A stretch of 64,000 nucleotides of DNA from Diplonema japonicum (lineage: Eukaryota; Protista; Euglenozoa: Diplonemea): assembly GCA_964019335.1 (NCBI GenBank), contig OZ025709.1, forward strand, positions 442,389-506,388, written 5' to 3'. Numbering within the stretch: the first letter of the stretch is position 1; each line of letters opens with the position of its first letter. Below the pieces are notes generated by a model, which did not search any database, had not been told where the DNA came from, and saw only the letters and a list, made by a program, of their open reading frames with translations. This document shows, piece after piece, positions 59,942-64,000 of this stretch. The position numbers and the translations under genes were made by a program.

Positions 59942-60518
59942 AAGGAGAACTGGGCCCCGTTGAACAGTTTTCTTTTTTCTTGTGTGGTGATGTGTTTTTC
60001 CTGTTTTTGATTTTCTTCTTCCCCCGCTCTATGCTTTTTCGCATGGACATTGGTCACTCTGCCCCTTTCCCCTTTTTTGATTCTCCCTCTTTCCCCCTCC
60101 TAAATTTTACCCCCTGCCCCACTCATTCCTCCCTAGTATGTTTTTGAATTTGCCTCTTCTTCTTTTAAGCCTTTTTTGGGATTTTTATTTTTGAATTTTT
60201 ATCATTATTTTCTCAAGTCCCCCTTTTTAAAAAAACCCCTCAATGTCCACCTTTCCAGGGTGGTCGATCCACCCCCCTGGGCTCGCAAGGGCCCAGGGCT
60301 TGAGCAGCCTACATTAAGGGTTCCTGAGGGAAGCCCACTTTAGAATTCCCCCTTTTTTTTTTTTTTTTTTTTTTTTTTTCCATTACAACAAATCGACAAT
60401 GGGGGAAAAAAAAAAAAAAGAAAGATAGCAAAAGAAAAAAAAAGGGGTCCGGGAGTTTTCCCCCTGAAGTTCCTTTGTTAAAACATGTTTGCTGTTGGGT
60501 TTCCGTTTCTTTTCTTTT

Positions 60519-60790
60519 TGGTTTAACTAGGAGTTTTCCTTCTACAGCTTGTTTGCTGATGGTTTTGGGTGATTCTTTTTTATTTTTTATCTTATGGTTT
60601 AACTAGAAGTTTTCCTTCTACAGCTTGCTTGCTGATGGTTTTAAGTAGATTCTCTTTTATTTTTATTTTTATCTTTGGTTTAACTACAAGTTTTCCTACA
60701 GCTTGTTTGCTGATGGCTTTAAGTTGACTCTTTTTTATTTTTATTTTTGGTTTAACTAGAAGTTTTCCTTCTACAGCTTGTTCGCTGACG
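60519..60790. repeat. Four tandem ~65-75-bp units GGTTTAACTAGAAGTTTTCCTTCTACAGCTTG.TTGCTGATGG
   Basis: Directly visible. Confidence 0.85.
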
Positions 60791-60850
60791 GGTGGGTTTA
60801 TCGGGCGGGCTTCCATAGCTGGTGATCTATGGAAGCCTTCCCAGATTTTT

Positions 60851-60887
<37 letters not shown>

Positions 60888-61643
60888 CAGGCCGGGCTGG
60901 GGAAGGACGACAAGACCACCAACGGAGGAGAAACCGCTGCAGAAAGGGGAAAGGTGCAGGAAGACGAAGAGGACGAGAGGGCGTCTCACAAAGACTCCCT
61001 TTAATTCATATATCTTTTATTTTCCTTTTTATTTTTCTTTTCTTTATTTTCTTTCTCCCAACCCAACCCCCCCCGAAAAAAAAGAAAAGAAAAGAAAAGA
61101 TTCATTCCTCCCTAGTTTATTATATTTTGCATCAGGTTCGCCGAGAAAATAAAAGGAAAAACAAAGAAAGAGAACGGCAACCAAATTTTAAATTTTTATT
61201 TTATCATCAAAGGAGGTTTGAAAAAGAGAAAAATTAAAGAGAAGAAAGAGACCTTTTTCTCCTCTATCGATAAGTGATTCACGAACTCGAATCTTTATCA
61301 CCACTTTTTTGTGCATGCCAGATTTTTTTTTTTCTCCCGCCTTGTTAAAGAAGTTTTAATTTACTAATAAAAAAAAAAAGTGAAAAGAGGAGTAGAAGAC
61401 GATCCGGTGGGGGGCATGGGAACCATAAACCGTGTCTTCCATCGCGATCGGCAAGGCGGGGGCTTTTCCGTCCCATGGGTGAAAAGAGGCGGATAAAACC
61501 ACTATTCCGGACCCCCCCCAACACTGAGCATGCACTTTTTCCCCCATACATACCTCTCTTGTTTATCAAAATATCACCACTTTTACGGCGGACGCCAAGA
61601 AAAAAAAAAGCCAAGGAGAAGGAGTTTAGGGAAATAACAAAAG

Positions 61644-61681
61644 ACCAACGATTCTAAAGCTACAGTTTCTGTACTTTATTG
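61644..61681 (+). other. Spliced-leader exon copy (38 of 39 nt)
   Basis: ACCAACGATTCTAAAGCTACAGTTTCTGTACTTTATTG. Homology with the 52328 unit begins exactly here and upstream flanks differ. Confidence 0.87.
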
Positions 61682-61847
61682 GTCGTTCGTGTTCTGCTGG
61701 TGCCTGCCGCCTCTGCCTGGGTTTGCCGCTGCGTCCGTCGTCCGTCGTCGCCGTCGTCTGGGGGGGTTGTTTTGCCCGTCGGCCTGCCCGCCGCTCAACG
61801 AAAGGATCCCCCCCCCCCCATCACACACTATAAAACAAAAAAAAAAA

Positions 61848-63139
61848 ATGGATCCAAGACGACTCGCAGGAGGAGGTGACCGCAGCCGCAGCCCGCAGGA
61901 GCAAGCCCGCAGCCCGCAGTGCACGGCACCAAGACCCACCCAACCAGGCAATCTGGTTGGGCAGTATGAATCCCCACCCCCTAGATCCCCCCACCCCCCT
62001 TTAGAAAAAAAAAATAATAAAAAAAGAAAATCACAAGTAGAGACCGCGGTTTTGACCGCCACAACCAAGGGAGCAGCAGCCCCTGCTACAGCCACGGCCG
62101 CCCCGGGTCTGCCGCCCCAAACGCCGCAGCCGCCCCTGCCGCAGCCACGACCGACACAACCACGATCGCCGCAGCCGCCCCTGCCGCCTTGAACGCTGCA
62201 GCCGCCCCTGCCGCAACTGAGACAGCCGCAGCCGCCCCTGCCGCAAGCCCGACCTCCGCAGCCGACCCTGCCATAGTTGAAGAGGAAAAAAAAAAGAAGA
62301 AAAAGGGGGAAGGGTGGATACTGAAAGATGGTGAGCACCCCCCCGGGTTGAAGACAGGTGCTGCCCCCGCCTTCCCAGAAGCTCTGCTGTCCGGGAAGTG
62401 GGAGGCCCTGTCAGGGAACACGGGGAGGGAGACGCTCCAGCATGGGCACCGGTGGGAGGGGACGGACGCCGAGGTGCGCCCCACCACCGGCATCCCAGGG
62501 GAGGCAAAGGGGTGGGTGAGGGAGGTGGCCGCCGCCGCAGGGCTCAAGGTGGTCCCCAACCAGGTACTTGTGAATAAGTACAGACCTGGTTGTGGGATTG
62601 CCGCCCACAAGGACGACGCAAGACTGGGACCGGTCGTCCTAGTCTTGTCGTACGGGGCTGAGACCACAATGGTCATGAGGAAGGGGGGCAGGGTAGCGAG
62701 GTACCTGGTGCCCCCCTTCTCATGGGCACTGTTGGAAGGCGAAGCGAGACACCAGTGGACACACCACATCCCGTCAGGGGTGTCCACTGGTGTCAGGGTG
62801 TCGATCACCCTGCGTGCGGTTGGCCCCGAGCTCACCCACATACCCCCCCAGGAAGACCCACCCCCTGGGCTAGCAAACGAACCCCCCCCTTTTTTTTTAG
62901 AACCCTCCACGGAGGTAAAAAACAGACCCTCTTCGAAGGAAAATGGAGAGAGAGGGGAAGAGGCAGCGCTCCCAAAAGAGGGTAGTGTTCCTCCCCCCCA
63001 TTTGTCCCCCCCTTTTTCATTTTTAGAGCCCTCTTTGGAGGAACCCTCCACGGAAAACAGACCCTCTTCGGAGGAAAATAGAGAGAGAGGGGAAGAGGTG
63101 GCACCCCCGAGAGAGGGTAGTGTTCCTCCCCCCCTTTGA
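61848..63139 (+). CDS. AlkB-family Fe(II)/2-oxoglutarate dioxygenase with Ala/Pro/Thr-rich N-terminus (one frameshift near 62100)
   Basis: NQVLVNKY (NxY), GIAAHKD (HxD), ARHQWTH (distal His), RVSITLR (RxSxTxR). The ATG 61848 frame joins the 62189 frame via a 1-nt shift near a C-run. Copy 1 is in frame at that point. Confidence 0.88.
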
Positions 63140-63494
63140 TTTTCTTCTTCCCCCGCTCTATGCTTTTTCGCATGGACATTGGTCACTCTGCCCCTTTCCC
63201 CTTTTTTGATTCTCCCTCTTTCCCCCTCCTAAATTTTACCCCCTGCCCCACTCATTCCTCCCTAGTATGTTTTTGAATTTGCCTCTTCTTCTTTTAAGCC
63301 TTTTTTGAGATTTTTATTTTTGAATTTTTATCATTTGGAGTTGCTTCTTCTTCTTCCCCTCTCCCTCCCATAAAGAAAAAGAGAAACCCATGCCTTCCTC
63401 CCAGGTTGGAACTTGATTGTCTGTTTTGGAATATTTTTATTTTCTCTTAAGATTTATCGTGCCTTGTGTGTCTTTTGAAGAAAAAAAAAAAAAA
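63135..63494 (+). repeat. Shared AT-rich 3' module ending in an A-run
   Basis: Near-identical to 53343-53615 and 60007-60207. Its TTCTCAAGTCCCCCTTTTT extension appears at ~52299, 53618, 53644, 59885 and 60210. Confidence 0.85.
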
Positions 63495-64000
63495 CCCGCA
63501 AACCCGCAAACCCGCAAACCCGCAAACCCGCAAACCCGCAAACCCGCAAACCCGCAAACCCGCAAACCCGCAAACCCGCAAACCCGCAAACCCGCAAACC
63601 CGCAAACCCGCAAACCCGCAAACCCGCAAACCCGCAAACCCGCAAACCCGCAAACCCGCAAACCCGCAAACCCGCAAACCCGCAAACCCGCAAACCCGCA
63701 AACCCGCAAACCCGCAAACCCGCAAACCCGCAAACCCGCAAACCCGCAAACCCGCAAACCCGCAAACCCGCAAACCCGCAAACCCGCAAACCCGCAAACC
63801 CGCAAACCCGCAAACCCGCAAACCCGCAAACCCGCAAACCCGCAAACCCGCAAACCCGCAAACCCGCAAACCCGCAAACCCGCAAACCCGCAAACCCGCA
63901 AACCCGCAAACCCGCAAACCGCAAACCCGCAAACCCGCAAACCCGCAAACCCGCAAACCCGCAAACCCGCAAACCCGCAAACCCGCAAACCCGCAAACCC
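63492..64000 (+). repeat. (AAACCCGC)n tandem array, >=63 units, runs off the right edge
   Basis: Perfect 8-mer apart from one 7-bp unit near 63915. Confidence 0.98.

Noticed and set aside
9150-61640. Many poly-K/poly-F short ORFs in intergenic regions
   Set aside because: They arise from A/T homopolymer tracts.
62095-62115. Programmed frameshift in the AlkB ORF
   Set aside because: The two copies shift at different places, each at or near a homopolymer run, which fits mutation or sequencing error better.
63437-63996. RVCGFAGL repeat ORFs, and the array as a telomere
   Set aside because: The ORFs are translations of an 8-mer array. The C-rich strand points toward the right edge, opposite to a terminal telomere, and the unit is not TTAGGG.

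Overview
Eukaryotic protist genomic DNA, most likely a diplonemid (Euglenozoa): two copies of a 37-38 nt sequence resembling the diplonemid spliced-leader (SL) exon occur at 52328 and 61644. Long intronless genes lie on the minus strand from 1-16 kb (sacsin-like protein missed by the ORF track, a hypothetical protein, a HEAT-like repeat protein, a ubiquitin-like/LRR protein). From 25 kb on they lie on the plus strand (EGF + GH43-like hydrolase, a ~2900-aa NACHT/pentapeptide/WD40-type protein with an apparently degenerate P-loop, a dienelactone hydrolase). Between them is a CpG-eroded nest of hAT-like transposons. There are also pogo-like and other TIR elements and a 3.2-kb near-identical duplication. 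The most interesting part is 52-64 kb: a CRE/SLACS-clade non-LTR retroelement complex (Zn finger-RT-restriction-like endonuclease) interleaved with two units that start exactly at an SL exon, encode an AlkB-family dioxygenase, share 3' modules with the RT copy and end in an A-run followed by AAACCCGC (one unit in one copy, >60 in the other). All family assignments come from motif reading by eye, not from database searches.
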